The notes under the pieces: model-generated
The model's input: the letters and a program-made list of their open reading frames with translations, nothing else
Told to the model about the DNA's origin: nothing
Databases searched by the model: none
Translations under genes and position numbers: made by a program
Assembly: GCA_004764695.1 (NCBI GenBank)
Contig: SMSO01000010.1
Span: 1 to 64,000 of the forward strand
Origin: Schizochytrium sp. TIO01
Taxonomy: Eukaryota > Protista > Bigyra: Labyrinthulomycetes
Length of the DNA stretch: 64,000 nucleotides
Direction of reading: 5' to 3'
In this document: positions 29,775 to 40,900 of the stretch, piece by piece
How the letters are laid out: every line of letters starts with the position of its first letter
Position numbering within the stretch: the first letter of the stretch is position 1

Positions 29775-31088
29775 TTAAACAACCTTTAGAGATTTTGTTT
29801 TCTTCTTTTCATTTGGCTTCGGCTTCTCTTTGACAACTGACTCGCTTGCGGCAGGCGCAGCTTTCTGAGCAGAGCTGTCCTCTTTGCCATTCGTGCGCTT
29901 ATCCTCATTTCCCATCCTTTTAAGCAAGAAGTTGAGACCTATAATAAAACCAATTACCAGCACAGCCCCACCCACGATAAGAATGTACTTGATAGTCGAC
30001 TGCAGCGTGCGCGTAGTGAGTTCCAAATCATCATCTGATCCATTTGTAGAGTCACTGTTGTCTGTATCTGTACTTGAAGTCGTAGTAGCCTGACCTGTGC
30101 TTTCCCCGAAATTGCAATTAATAACTTGATCAATTGTTCCATTAATAATGATATTCTCCGACTCTGAAATATTAATAGCCGCTTCACAGGAGCGCACCGT
30201 ACAAGAAACATTCGAGCGATCAACTCTCATTTGATTGCTAACCAAAAACGCAGGGACCTCTCGCTGCTTACAAGGAAGCCACCAGCAAAAATCCGACGAA
30301 GCCGCAAAGGTATTCGAAGACATTAGAACATTGTACAGAGGCAACAACTCCCGCCCTACGCACATACAATCACTCGGAACAGAAGCATTGCCAGTTTTTG
30401 TAGGGTCGTAAGCATAACAGAACTGTCTGAGTTTCTCATCCACTGTTAGGGCATCATAATCAGTTAACCCAAGATGCATAAGATCTGTACAAGTTAAATT
30501 GTACTCCTCAGAAGCTGCTAATGTACAGAAGGAAGGTTTTGTACCATCTAAACTAGTCAAGCAATCAGGGCGAGTTTCCTCAATTGTGCAAATGCTAGCT
30601 TTGCTTTTAGGATTGTCAAGCTTGACGTGCCCAGAAACTGTTACATAGCGATCATCCGTAAGTTCGTAGTTTCCCGAAGTGTCCAATTGGTCACAACCTG
30701 GCCACACCCAGCACTGCACGCCACCCGGAGCAGAAGCGAGGTGCTTGTGGAAAGTATAGTAAGCCTCTGTAAGTGTGTCAGTACCAAGGACCTGGCGGTG
30801 CACCAATGCTTTGTTATACCTTGTAATTTCTGCTTCTGGGACATCTTTCGGATCCAGCTTGACCAGCTCGTTCGTGTGTGAAATCCAGTTATAAGCCTCC
30901 AAGGCACACACTGAAGCGCTTGTAATGCCTTCAATTCGATCAGCTGCAAAAGCATAATCCGCTTCCTCCCAAGTAACCCGACCTCGAGTGAGCCAAGGGT
31001 AGGCATCATCAAGCTTTGGGCAGCTTGTTCCGCGATCATGGGCGACCTGAATCGCAGAATAATGCGGTTCGGCGTCAATCGTACTCAT
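29775..31088 (-). CDS. Poxvirus A16/G9/J5-like entry-fusion membrane protein
   Basis: Cys-rich: DCMC...CWWLPC...SC...SC...INI...Q..NC, then Thr/Ser linker and C-terminal TM. Start probably MSTID at 31088 (ORF extends to 31217). Confidence 0.72.
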   Translation of the reverse strand: MSTIDAEPHYSAIQVAHDRGTSCPKLDDAYPWLTRGRVTWEEADYAFAADRIEGITSASVCALEAYNWISHTNELVKLDPKDVPEAEITRYNKALVHRQVLGTDTLTEAYYTFHKHLASAPGGVQCWVWPGCDQLDTSGNYELTDDRYVTVSGHVKLDNPKSKASICTIEETRPDCLTSLDGTKPSFCTLAASEEYNLTCTDLMHLGLTDYDALTVDEKLRQFCYAYDPTKTGNASVPSDCMCVGRELLPLYNVLMSSNTFAASSDFCWWLPCKQREVPAFLVSNQMRVDRSNVSCTVRSCEAAINISESENIIINGTIDQVINCNFGESTGQATTTSSTDTDNSDSTNGSDDDLELTTRTLQSTIKYILIVGGAVLVIGFIIGLNFLLKRMGNEDKRTNGKEDSSAQKAAPAASESVVKEKPKPNEKKKTKSLKVV

Positions 31089-31166
31089 CAAGAAAGGGAA
31101 AAAAAGAGACCTGGCCTCTTTAAAAATATCTAAAAGGTACATTGAAAAAAAAGAAACCAGCAGCCC

Positions 31167-31497
31167 ATGCACTATGGAATGACTGGGCATGTGTACTATA
31201 TAACCCGAGTAGCTCAAATGCTAGGGGTCAACGAGGAAACATTTTTTGAAGATTGGGTGGAGAAGTATGGTAAAAAGGGGGTGGATTGGAGCTTTAACAG
31301 GCCGAAGGAAAAACCCAGCGAGGTGCATACTATGCTAAGCGAAGAGTTCGTTCGTCGTGCATACTATGCTAAGCGAAGAGTTCGTTCGTCGATTGTTTCT
31401 AATTCACGAAAGGGAAACAAAAAAGACAGAATGTACTGGGTTCTTGCTTATGATGAATGGCGTTATTGAAAAATACGCAAAGTCAAGCAGTACTTAA
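31167..31497 (+). pseudogene. Frameshifted paralog of 10566..11696
   Basis: TGHVYYITRVAQMLG, GVDWSF and MLSEEFVRR match the intact paralog. After removing a 34-bp duplication the frame continues LFLI...FLLMMNGVI, matching LILR...FLLAMNDIV. Confidence 0.8.
31323..31390 (+). repeat. Perfect 34-bp tandem duplication
   Basis: GTGCATACTATGCTAAGCGAAGAGTTCGTTCGTC x2. Confidence 0.97.
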
Positions 31498-31681
31498 AAA
31501 ATAACCTTTATCTAAACATTTCAAGTTTGTTAAAAAAAACTTCTCAATTATTCTCTCCTCCTGATGACAAGTGAAAATCAGGGGCGCTTCTTGTTTTTTA
31601 AATTTTGGTTTCCTTTAAGCATTTCATTCATAGTGAAAGGGAATCCAGAAAACAAAGACAGAGTGAAAAAAAAGAAATAGC

Positions 31682-31980
31682 ATGGAGTTACTTTCCGCGA
31701 TAGAAAACGTGGTTAGAAAGGGCAAACTTTACGATTACGAGAAGCTGCTGGAGGTCTATACAAAGTATGGAAACCTATCCACAACTCAACGCATATACGT
31801 TCTTAACAATCCCGACGTGAAAAACGCACCTGATCGTGTGCAGGACCTCTGGCACCTCACAAATAGCAATTTTGGAGTGACCGATTTTGTCTATCATTTA
31901 GAACACGTAGCTGCCATTCTGGAGATTGAAAATTTGTTCAAATTTAGAGAGGAATGGATGAAAAAGCACGGTGAGGTGAG
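31682..31980 (+). pseudogene. 3'-truncated paralog of 10566..11696 at the virus/host junction
   Basis: VYTKYGNL...VLNNPDVKNAPDRVQDLWHLTN...FVYH aligns to the intact paralog until KHGE(V), after which similarity is lost. Confidence 0.8.
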
Positions 31981-34909
31981 CAACGCATACCTTTGCTCTT
32001 CAATGAAGTTCCATTTGTTCTCCTTAAAGAGGAATAAACACAAACGACCAAAACGTGCAAACCAGCAAGGCAGCGTTCAGGTTGTTCAAGGCAATACCTT
32101 CTGAAGAGGTACTGTGCTTGAGATGTGCGTTCAACATTCTGCACCATTCTGCGTTAAGTATTATATCATATGCTCGTTGGTCAGTGGTGCGCTACTTCGT
32201 GGCTTCTTACCTCAAGTTCTTTGGCGCTGCTTAATTTTGATAATCGTTTCGAAGTACATAAGCTGGTGTTCTTTAAGCTTGCCTTGTAGTTCGGGTTCTT
32301 GAAAGTTAGCAGTACTAGCACCTAATTATTCTTCTTTTTCTTTTCCCCGCTTTTTTCCATTTTCCCCGCAGTTCTTCCCAGATCTTGTAACTTATTATCA
32401 TGCACAACCATATAAGAGATTTCGAGCGATTCAAAACTTCTTCTTCTCGTCATCATCAAAATCTGTGGTGTAATTGATGTTTCGCAAAAGGCAGTCCTGT
32501 ACAAGCGATCACTAAGGTTTGCGGCCGAGGTGCTTTAGTCAATCGGCTTTTCTTTAAAAAGAATAGGGTAATAGCTTGTTTTTATCGCTATCAGCCTGCT
32601 GGCCTCTTCTTATTCTGCGATCGAGTTTAGTAGATCTATATCTCTTCTTCTATTCTTCATTCTCTCTAAAGTTACACAAACATTGCACGCACTATCATAT
32701 GCGTACGAATGGCTAACGAAGTATACACGGCCGAGGTTCACCAGCAGCTCCAACGTAACACATTGAGTCCATGTTTCTTCGTCCTCTATGGCCGGGGTCT
32801 TCTTAAATGCTGCACATCACGGCCAACGGAGATGGGTGCAGCCACTGCATTCATCGCAAGTAGCTGGGCACCACAACGATCGAGCGGCGGGAAGCGATTT
32901 AAGGAGAGATTGACTACATACAAGCAACCGCTCTTCGTTATCTGGAGCACTGCAATGAAAGGGGGAAAGAAACGGAAAGAAAAGACATTCATTCATTCAT
33001 TCATTCATTCGCTCCTCTCCTTCTCCTTCTTCTGCTTCGAGACATCTAAAAGCAGATTCTGAGTGACAATCATGATTGATTGATGGCATAAAGAGCAAGA
33101 GAAAAGAAAGAGTGCGGCAAGTTGGATCTGATAGCCAGCCAGAGAGCCAGGAAAAGAACAAGAAGCTATATTCCCTGCACTTAATTCGAAGGAAGAACAG
33201 AACGCTTCTCACGGCCACCGCTGAAAGAACGTTTCTTCTCCTGGACTCCATCCTTCTTTAAAATGAAACAGCGCTAGACTGACTGGTATTAGGTACCCAC
33301 TTCTTTTAAACTAAAAAACAAAAACACACGGAGAACAAAATGTTTTATTTTCAATCTTTACTTTTAACTGAAAACAATTGTTTTTAAATTTATTAAATGA
33401 ACAAAAAGAACAACGTATAAGCAGGCCTATACTTAAAACTTATTTTCATGACTAAAATCGCATCAATTCAAGTTCTTTTCAAGATGGACAGCCATCCAGG
33501 CCCCAAGCCCCTCCGTGGTGGCGGCCGCAGTGCGTTTCGTGGCTGGTGGTTTCCGTCCACAGATATCTCCGCGCCAGATCCGTGGGCGTCAACCTCGTGC
33601 TCTCGTCTGCCTTTCAATCATCCATCCATCAATCCATCCACCCATCGCTGTCGAGGTTTTGCCTCTCTCCAAAGAAGGCGACGGTCTTAGCTTTGCAATT
33701 TGCATCACATTTATGCATTACATTACATTACATTTCCTTTTGATTTGTAAACCCAAATTCGACGCCTCCAGAGCTCTAAGCACAGCCATTCGCTTGAACT
33801 TGCGCGACCTGACGTTCCCTTCGGGCTTGCGATGCGTTTACCCACGTACACTCCTGGCCTCGAGCTCTTTGGGCGTCTGTAGGTCTTCGGATTTCAATCC
33901 ATCGCTTGCGAGCGATGGTGCTCATTTCGAGACCAGTCAGGGTTTAGCCATATAGCTAGCTGCTCAATAGGCTACTCCTATGGGCATCTACTAGCTAGCT
34001 AGCTCTCGAGGTGCGCACTTCGGAAACGGAGACGAACAGAATAAGTGGAGCTCCGAGCAGCCGCAGAAGAACTCGAGGCCTCGAACGAAGCAGCCGCGGA
34101 ATACCAGGATATTCTCGCTAGCAGCCATGGCCAAGGCCTTTCCCCAGCCTCTGTGCTCGTCTTCAGGTTTGCCAGAGCGTACAGATCTGTGGTTTGCAAA
34201 GTTATGGCGTTCAGAAACGTAGTTCAATGGTGATCTCTATATAGTATACCCATGTGGCATTATGTGCAGAGAAAGAGAGAGGTCCTCGTTCTAGGTCCTA
34301 CCTCCAAAGGCTCTTCATAACTCAGGTTCGAGCATTGCCCGTGGATCTGGCTGTGGCTTGGAGCAAGCAAACGCATACAGTTGGCTTGGGGTTACGAAGG
34401 AGCACGCGAAGGGTCCTCGAAGGCTGGAGTGCAGATGCAGTGGACGTCACAGCAATCGAAATGGCAGCAGCCGCTTGGCTTTTTTGCATTTTGGCATCCA
34501 TGGGATCGTTTATTTCAAGGCAAATTACGTCGAAACCAATAGTCGCAGAATATTCTTTGGGCGTCCTTCCTTTTCTTTCATGGACTTAGAAAGGATTGAC
34601 GACTGCAATTGCAGTTGGTTCTTCCTTTGGGCCATGTTTAACGAAGGCGCGGCGGATTCGGCGCGTTACATTCAAGCTCTCTTTGAGGCACGGCGACTGG
34701 AAGATACTAGATATAGTTACTTTTAACTTAAAAAAGGACAGCAAATAAAATAGAATAAGCATACGTCAGCTCAGATAGCCCAGTGGCTATACATATCTAC
34801 ACCCACACGCGAAGTAAATAAATGGTGCAGGTCAATTCGCTCTGCTTTCTCACAGTTCGTGAAATTGCACGAATGAAGAATTGAGAGAACAGAACGAAAG
34901 AAAAAAAGC

Positions 34910-34963
34910 CACATACACACATACATACACATACATACACATACATACATACATTCATACATA
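34910..34963. repeat. (CATA)n-type microsatellite
   Basis: Directly visible, imperfect. Confidence 0.85.
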
Positions 34964-37900
34964 GAGGTAGTAGATAACTAAATACCTCTCAACCACTACC
35001 TACTCTGCGCTTAGAACTGGAAAAGACTACCTTGATAGGTATGTGTGGTGGTGCAATGAGCAGTAGGTACGCGCAGGTAAATCTTGATTGATCAATTCGT
35101 TGAAACCAAGCTTTCAATTCTGTAGAAAACAATCGTAAGCTTTCAAAGCAAAAAATAATTAAATAGAAACATTTATTTTGTAGATTTCCTCTTTGAAAAC
35201 AAATAAAATTAGATGGTGCATAATTTTATTTATATAATTGTTTATTATTTTTAATTTTAAATAATAATAATAATAATAAAAAGATAATAAAAATGGGGGA
35301 AAAAGAAGTTGGAAATGGCAGGCAAACTGTGGTGTTCTCCTGCTCCCTTCTTCGTACCCACCTATTTTAAAAATACAGTCCAGCCAGTCGCTGCCTGAGA
35401 ATAATAACTGGTAGCTAGCAGGGATTGATTGATTGGTTCACTCAGAATCATCATCTTTGCGACGCAAGTCTCACTCGTCCTTTTGCTGCCCAACCAGCAG
35501 ACGGTTGGATGATCCGAAAGCGGCGTCACCAACCAGAGACCTTCAATAATCTTGACACCCTTACATCAACCATCATCAGCAACATTGATGAGATGAGGCA
35601 TGACCTTTCTTTTTTGTTTGTAGAATCTTTGCTTCCTCTTGAAACATACATACATCATACATACATACATACATACATACACACAAACGTAGGTACGTAG
35701 ATACATATATTATAATAGCTCTCTTGGTCTCCTCCTTCCGCCCGCTCAAAGTGAAATTGACCAGGTTCAAGTTGGGCAGATTTTCATGGTCCAAGTACGC
35801 AGCGTCGCCGGTCTTCACCCGTGGAGACAGAGCTGCTCGCAGAGCTTTTGCACCAGTCGGTCGCAATGTGCGGGTATCGGTGTGGAGGACTCACGACTTC
35901 ATTTCGCATGAAGCAAGGATTAAATCAAATGCAGCTCAAGAGCTTGCTTCGTTCGAAGGCAACCACGAATGTCAAAACGAAGCAATTCTTCTCCAATTTC
36001 ACAGGACTGTTTCCTCTGTGATGCAGCAAAGATGAGATCTCCACTGAGAACTACGACTTTGATTGACAATTATACCTCAATCAGATGCGAAGAAGAAAGA
36101 CACGCGAGTGAACGAAAGAAATTGTAGAGCATCCATGATACATCAGTAGTAGGAGTAGTAGTAGTAGAGGTAGTAGTATTGCGTGTTCTTGTGTTCTTGT
36201 AGTTGGGTAATTATCATCGTTCCTGATTGTGATGCCAAGTTGGACTCCGCAGGTCAAAGAGTCGCCTCAGGAATTAAGTACTCGTGACTTGTCAAGAACT
36301 AGATCTGCAAAGACTCAGACTTGGCTTCAAGATAAAGTCAATGCAGGTCTGCCCAGTGAAAGCTAAGGAGTTTCAGGCAGGCTGGTTCGAAGTTGAACGG
36401 TTGACCAATCTTGAATGGCTGAAAGAATAAAGGTATGATGCTCTAGAAATGCAGCCGTGCGTACCAGTTTTTGCCGGACGCTTTCAGTTAACTATTACTA
36501 AAAAAATCATTTCCTGTTCCAAATTTTCAAGTTCTCTCTCATTTAAAGAAAAGAAAGAAAAAAGTTTTGCCGTGAAGAGAGAATTGGAATGGCCAAGAGA
36601 AAAGAACACACCAAAAGAACGGTTTAGCCCTAAAACCTTTCAATGCATAATTTTATTTTTTACTTCAAAAATTAATATGTATAAATGAAAGAACAGAAAG
36701 AACGGTGTTTTGTTCTGTTTTGTTTTTACGCAAGCATCGAAGGACTCCCTCATTCGAACAACCATTCAATGATGGCGAATGAGGGAGGGATTCTTCTCCA
36801 TAGCTGCCGCAACAAAAACAAAAAGTCAAGGTGCAGGCAGGCTTTATCATGCGCTCAGAGGGTTATCTTTACTTCCGTCAGCCTCGAAAGGCGTGATATC
36901 CGATCTCTACGCACTTAATATCGGGTACAATAAACACAATACAGCGACGAATACTAACTACAAAAGGCAGCAAAATATCTTTTTCCACTCTCTTCGTTTT
37001 TCACGGCCAAAGGCCAAACTGAAAACGATGTCACTCACAGCTTTGTTTGATACAGGCGCTGTTTGAGCCACCTCTCAAGCTGCTCTCTGGAAGGCCTGAG
37101 CAAGCAGGTCTTCAATCGAGGAGGATGCGTGTGCCCTTTCTTCGAGCTAGTTTGTCGATTTCGCTCGGTGGCTCTGGCCAGCCTGGAGTAGGTCTTTGGC
37201 ATCCTTTCTCCTCCTTCTCGCGTCAGTTGAGGCTGAGGCGATGCGCAAGCACAAGAGGAAGGGGCAGAGGGTGCTAGCCTTTCAGGTAGGAGGGGTACTA
37301 GCTAGCTAGCCGAGTAATCTGAATGGCGTCAGCTAATTGATAGATTGATTGATGGTTGACTTTCTGAAAGAGATAAATTGCAGAAGTCAAGCTCGATAAT
37401 GTGGCCTGTTCAGTGGCCGTGCAAAACCCTGTTCTTCAGATCTCCGCGGCGTTGGACAATCGATTTATTTTGCTTCGGCGAGTTCTCTTCCAGGAAAGAA
37501 GAGGAGCGAGAAAAGAGATAGCTAATTTGAGAAAGATGATTTTATCCAAAACATCTTTTCTTTCATTGGTTGAAAACATGATGTTCTCGTTTAGAGTATG
37601 GTTTTATAATTTTGAAAATCACAGTGTTCTCTGAGGAACGAGGCTTTTGCATACTTACACAACAACATGAACGCATGGTTCCCTCGCTCGCTCGCTCGCT
37701 CGGCGAGTTGGTGAAGGCAATGGACAGCTGATTGAGCGCTCTGGGCTGCTTGTATTGTGCAAAATAATGAGCCAATGTGTCGGTTGTGCGGGATTGATTA
37801 AGTGGTATATTGTCCGGGTAGTCCGGTGATGGTTGGCTTTTGTAAACTGCTCTTCTTATGAAGCATTCCAAAGAGGGACTGGTCTCCTATCTTATATAAA

Positions 37901-40900
37901 CAAAGCTGGTAGCAGATTTTGACGAAGGACTTGTAATAATCGGCGAGAGAGAGGAAAAGTAATGAGCATTGCCAAGCTTATTTGGAGTTCGCTCGTTTGT
38001 ACACTATGAGTCACTGGCCATCATTGCCAAATCAATGCCATGAATGCGGTGGTGTCAAACTTGAATGGATTACCTTTGTTAAACTCTGGTCGGGTCATGT
38101 AGTTCTCACCACATAGTCAGGTTTCTCAAACCTTGGATTTACTGACTTATTAACCTGACGATCGCCAGCATTTATGTAGACCACCAATCTTAGTTACTAG
38201 CACTAGCACTGCGTCTCCTAAACTAGTAGTTATCCAAATGAAGGGAGCATCAACTGTCCCCACTTTACTTTTTAAAATTAAAAGTAAATACTGTTTTGCT
38301 ACCAAGAATGAAGAACGAGTGAGTCTGCGGAGCCCACAAGTGACAAGACTAGGTAGGTAGGTAGCTGCTGTTAATTATAGACTATTTAGCAGTGACTTTT
38401 CTTCTACCTCGCCGGTAACGGATGGGCTTGCATGCTACAGCTGTGAAATTTAGCCAAAGTACAATAAGTACAAAATATTTTCTTAGATGGCAGCCTCTGA
38501 TAAGGAGGGCGCTTGAGGAGACCAAATTGAAGCTTATGCACAACGCTGTGCAGCCACAGGTACCATCCATTCAGTTGGATGTGCCACTTTCGCCAATGGC
38601 GGAAGGTGCTTTTCAGGTGCCAGTAACCACCATACATTTTAAAAATGCCACGTGTGCACAAAGCATTAAAAAAAAACATTAAAAAAACATTCAGAATCGT
38701 CATATTTTCTATATTCATTCATCCATCCATTCGATTCTCTTGTGGTGCGGCGAATCTTGTGGCAGCAGCAACATCATTCAACTTAATGCCTTAATTAAGA
38801 TTGTCATAAATGGCGACGAGAGTCTGTCTTATTGTCAATCTTACTATTCATGAAGACGGTAGGTACAACGGGAGTCATCCAGAGGCGAATTTGCTGAAGA
38901 CATTTCACGTGTCATTTCCTCCTCACCTAACACATTAGAAGGACAAGGCTGCTGCGTGATTTATACAGGCAGGCGGACGTTACACCCTTCATAAATCCTC
39001 ACAGAAAAGAAAAAAAAAAGAACTCAGGCTTAGGCAGTCTCTGATTCTTTGTTCAAATTGTGCTGTCAACGAACTGAAGCTGAATATGCAAACTAGTCCT
39101 AACTGCGAGGTTAGAAATCAACAACTTGAATGTAGGAATCCACAAATCACATTTTCCTACTTTATCTAGTTGGAAACAACTTGCAGGATTGAAAAAAAAG
39201 ATACTGGTATCAAACAAAATAAGGCGAAGAAACTTCTGCTTCTTCTGACTTGGAGAACTTTCAAGCTGAGAAAATTATATAACGCTAGAAGCCCAGGACT
39301 GAGATCTTTTTATTTGGCACAGGATCCCAATCTTCTCTCGTGGCCCTGTACGATCGTTCGCAAAGTGTGTCAACGGGTTAGTTCATCTTGTGCAAGAGGG
39401 CAGATGAAGTACGATGAGATTAAAGCAAATCACGCTCACAAGAGTCATAGCATCAACGGCTGACAAACTTGTGCCTCGCAAGATTACTGCCATCAAGCAG
39501 GCAACGAATGGCCGTGGACTCCACCGCCACCGATTCCGCGCACACAAGGGTGCGCGGTACGGGGACTCTTCGTACGTGCCAATGATTCCTCTTTTTCACT
39601 GGTACGGACGGGGCCTAATACTGTTCTTTTTACTTCTTTTTCTTTTAAAAAGATGAATTAAAACTTCTTCTTTCTGCTGTAAGTTGTCGGCGGTATGTAA
39701 CTTAGCAAACTTCAAGCCACAGTTCCAGTTTGGCTTCGGCTGCTCCAAATTGATTGGCGACGAACTTGGAGGTGCTGGAGAGAATCTCAAAGTATTGAGA
39801 TTAACGGTTTGTTGCTTGTGAATCTTTCTATATCTTGATTCAATTCCCTTTCATACCCTCGTTATGAGTCTATAGAGCAAACAAGCTACACCAAGACATT
39901 TCACGGCGCCCGGAGATACTGCTTTCTCTCTGGGTGCAGTACGAAGATGGGAAAAGAACACGAGACACTAACTATTCCTCCGTAACTATTTTACTTTTAT
40001 CATTGTTCTTAGTACTAATTTTATAAATAGAAAAAACATATGTTGAACTTGAAAAAGAGAGAAAGAATAAAGAGAACACTGCCACATTATAATTAAAAAA
40101 AAAAAAAAAAAAAAGAGTCCCGACGAGCGTTCTTGCTTGTTTTTAATTTCCATTTTTAATTTGATTTAATTTATTTTAAATAAAGAATAGAAATCACATC
40201 ATCATTGGGTGTATATCATATCTCTATCTATCGACATTTATCAAACAAATGAGACCCACGGAAACAAAAAACAGCATCTATCAGCAAACGAGTCAATATT
40301 CACGCTCCACCAACCAATCTTGGCCAAAATATCACATTAGATAGCCCTTTATCTCAAGCAAGTAGGCTAAACAAACAAACATCAAGCAAGTTTTGCTTGC
40401 TTGACACAGAATGCAGAAATGTCCAGGAAATCTCTGTCCTGCACGAAGAGAAGCCTAAGAAATTTACCAAGCTCTCAAGCTTGAATGCTTGAATGGAGTG
40501 AGGGTTGTTTTCTGGCTGAAGCCTTTCTTCTTCACCTTTCGTAGGGAATCGACGAATGGGTCGCTCTTGTTTCCTTGCTTTCCTTAGGTACTAGAACGTA
40601 GACTGTACAGCTATTTGCTTTATATATCCAGCCGCTGAGACAATCACGAATTGAATACCGACAACGTTTAAGAACGGGAACGTCATATAGAACACTTATA
40701 CGTACTATCTGCCGCTAAAGAGATAGAACCTATCAAAACTACTACTGTTCAAAGCGTTCTCGGTGTCCTCGAGTAGGAAAAGGTATAGTATGTGCACTGA
40801 GCAAGATAATTTTCTCCTTTTTTTTTCTCTTTCTTTAAATAAAAATAAAATTGCTATTCTTTTTCTACGAAGGCAGCACTACATTTTTGCTTGAAGTAGA

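Larger units (their letters stand above)
1..31980. mobile_element. Endogenous giant-virus (Nucleocytoviricota-like) region; left end lies outside the window
   Basis: Tightly packed intron-less ORFs on both strands, including MCP, Erv1/Alr, A16/G9-like, thioredoxin-like and Dam-like genes. Abrupt switch to microsatellite-rich, ORF-poor DNA after ~32 kb. Confidence 0.85.

Noticed and set aside
215-31078. Many short antisense or alternative-frame ORFs overlapping the long viral genes
   Set aside because: Shadow ORFs of real genes and low-complexity stalks; no independent motifs
31323-31390. CRISPR-like 34-bp repeat
   Set aside because: Two adjacent copies with no spacer and no cas genes; a simple tandem duplication
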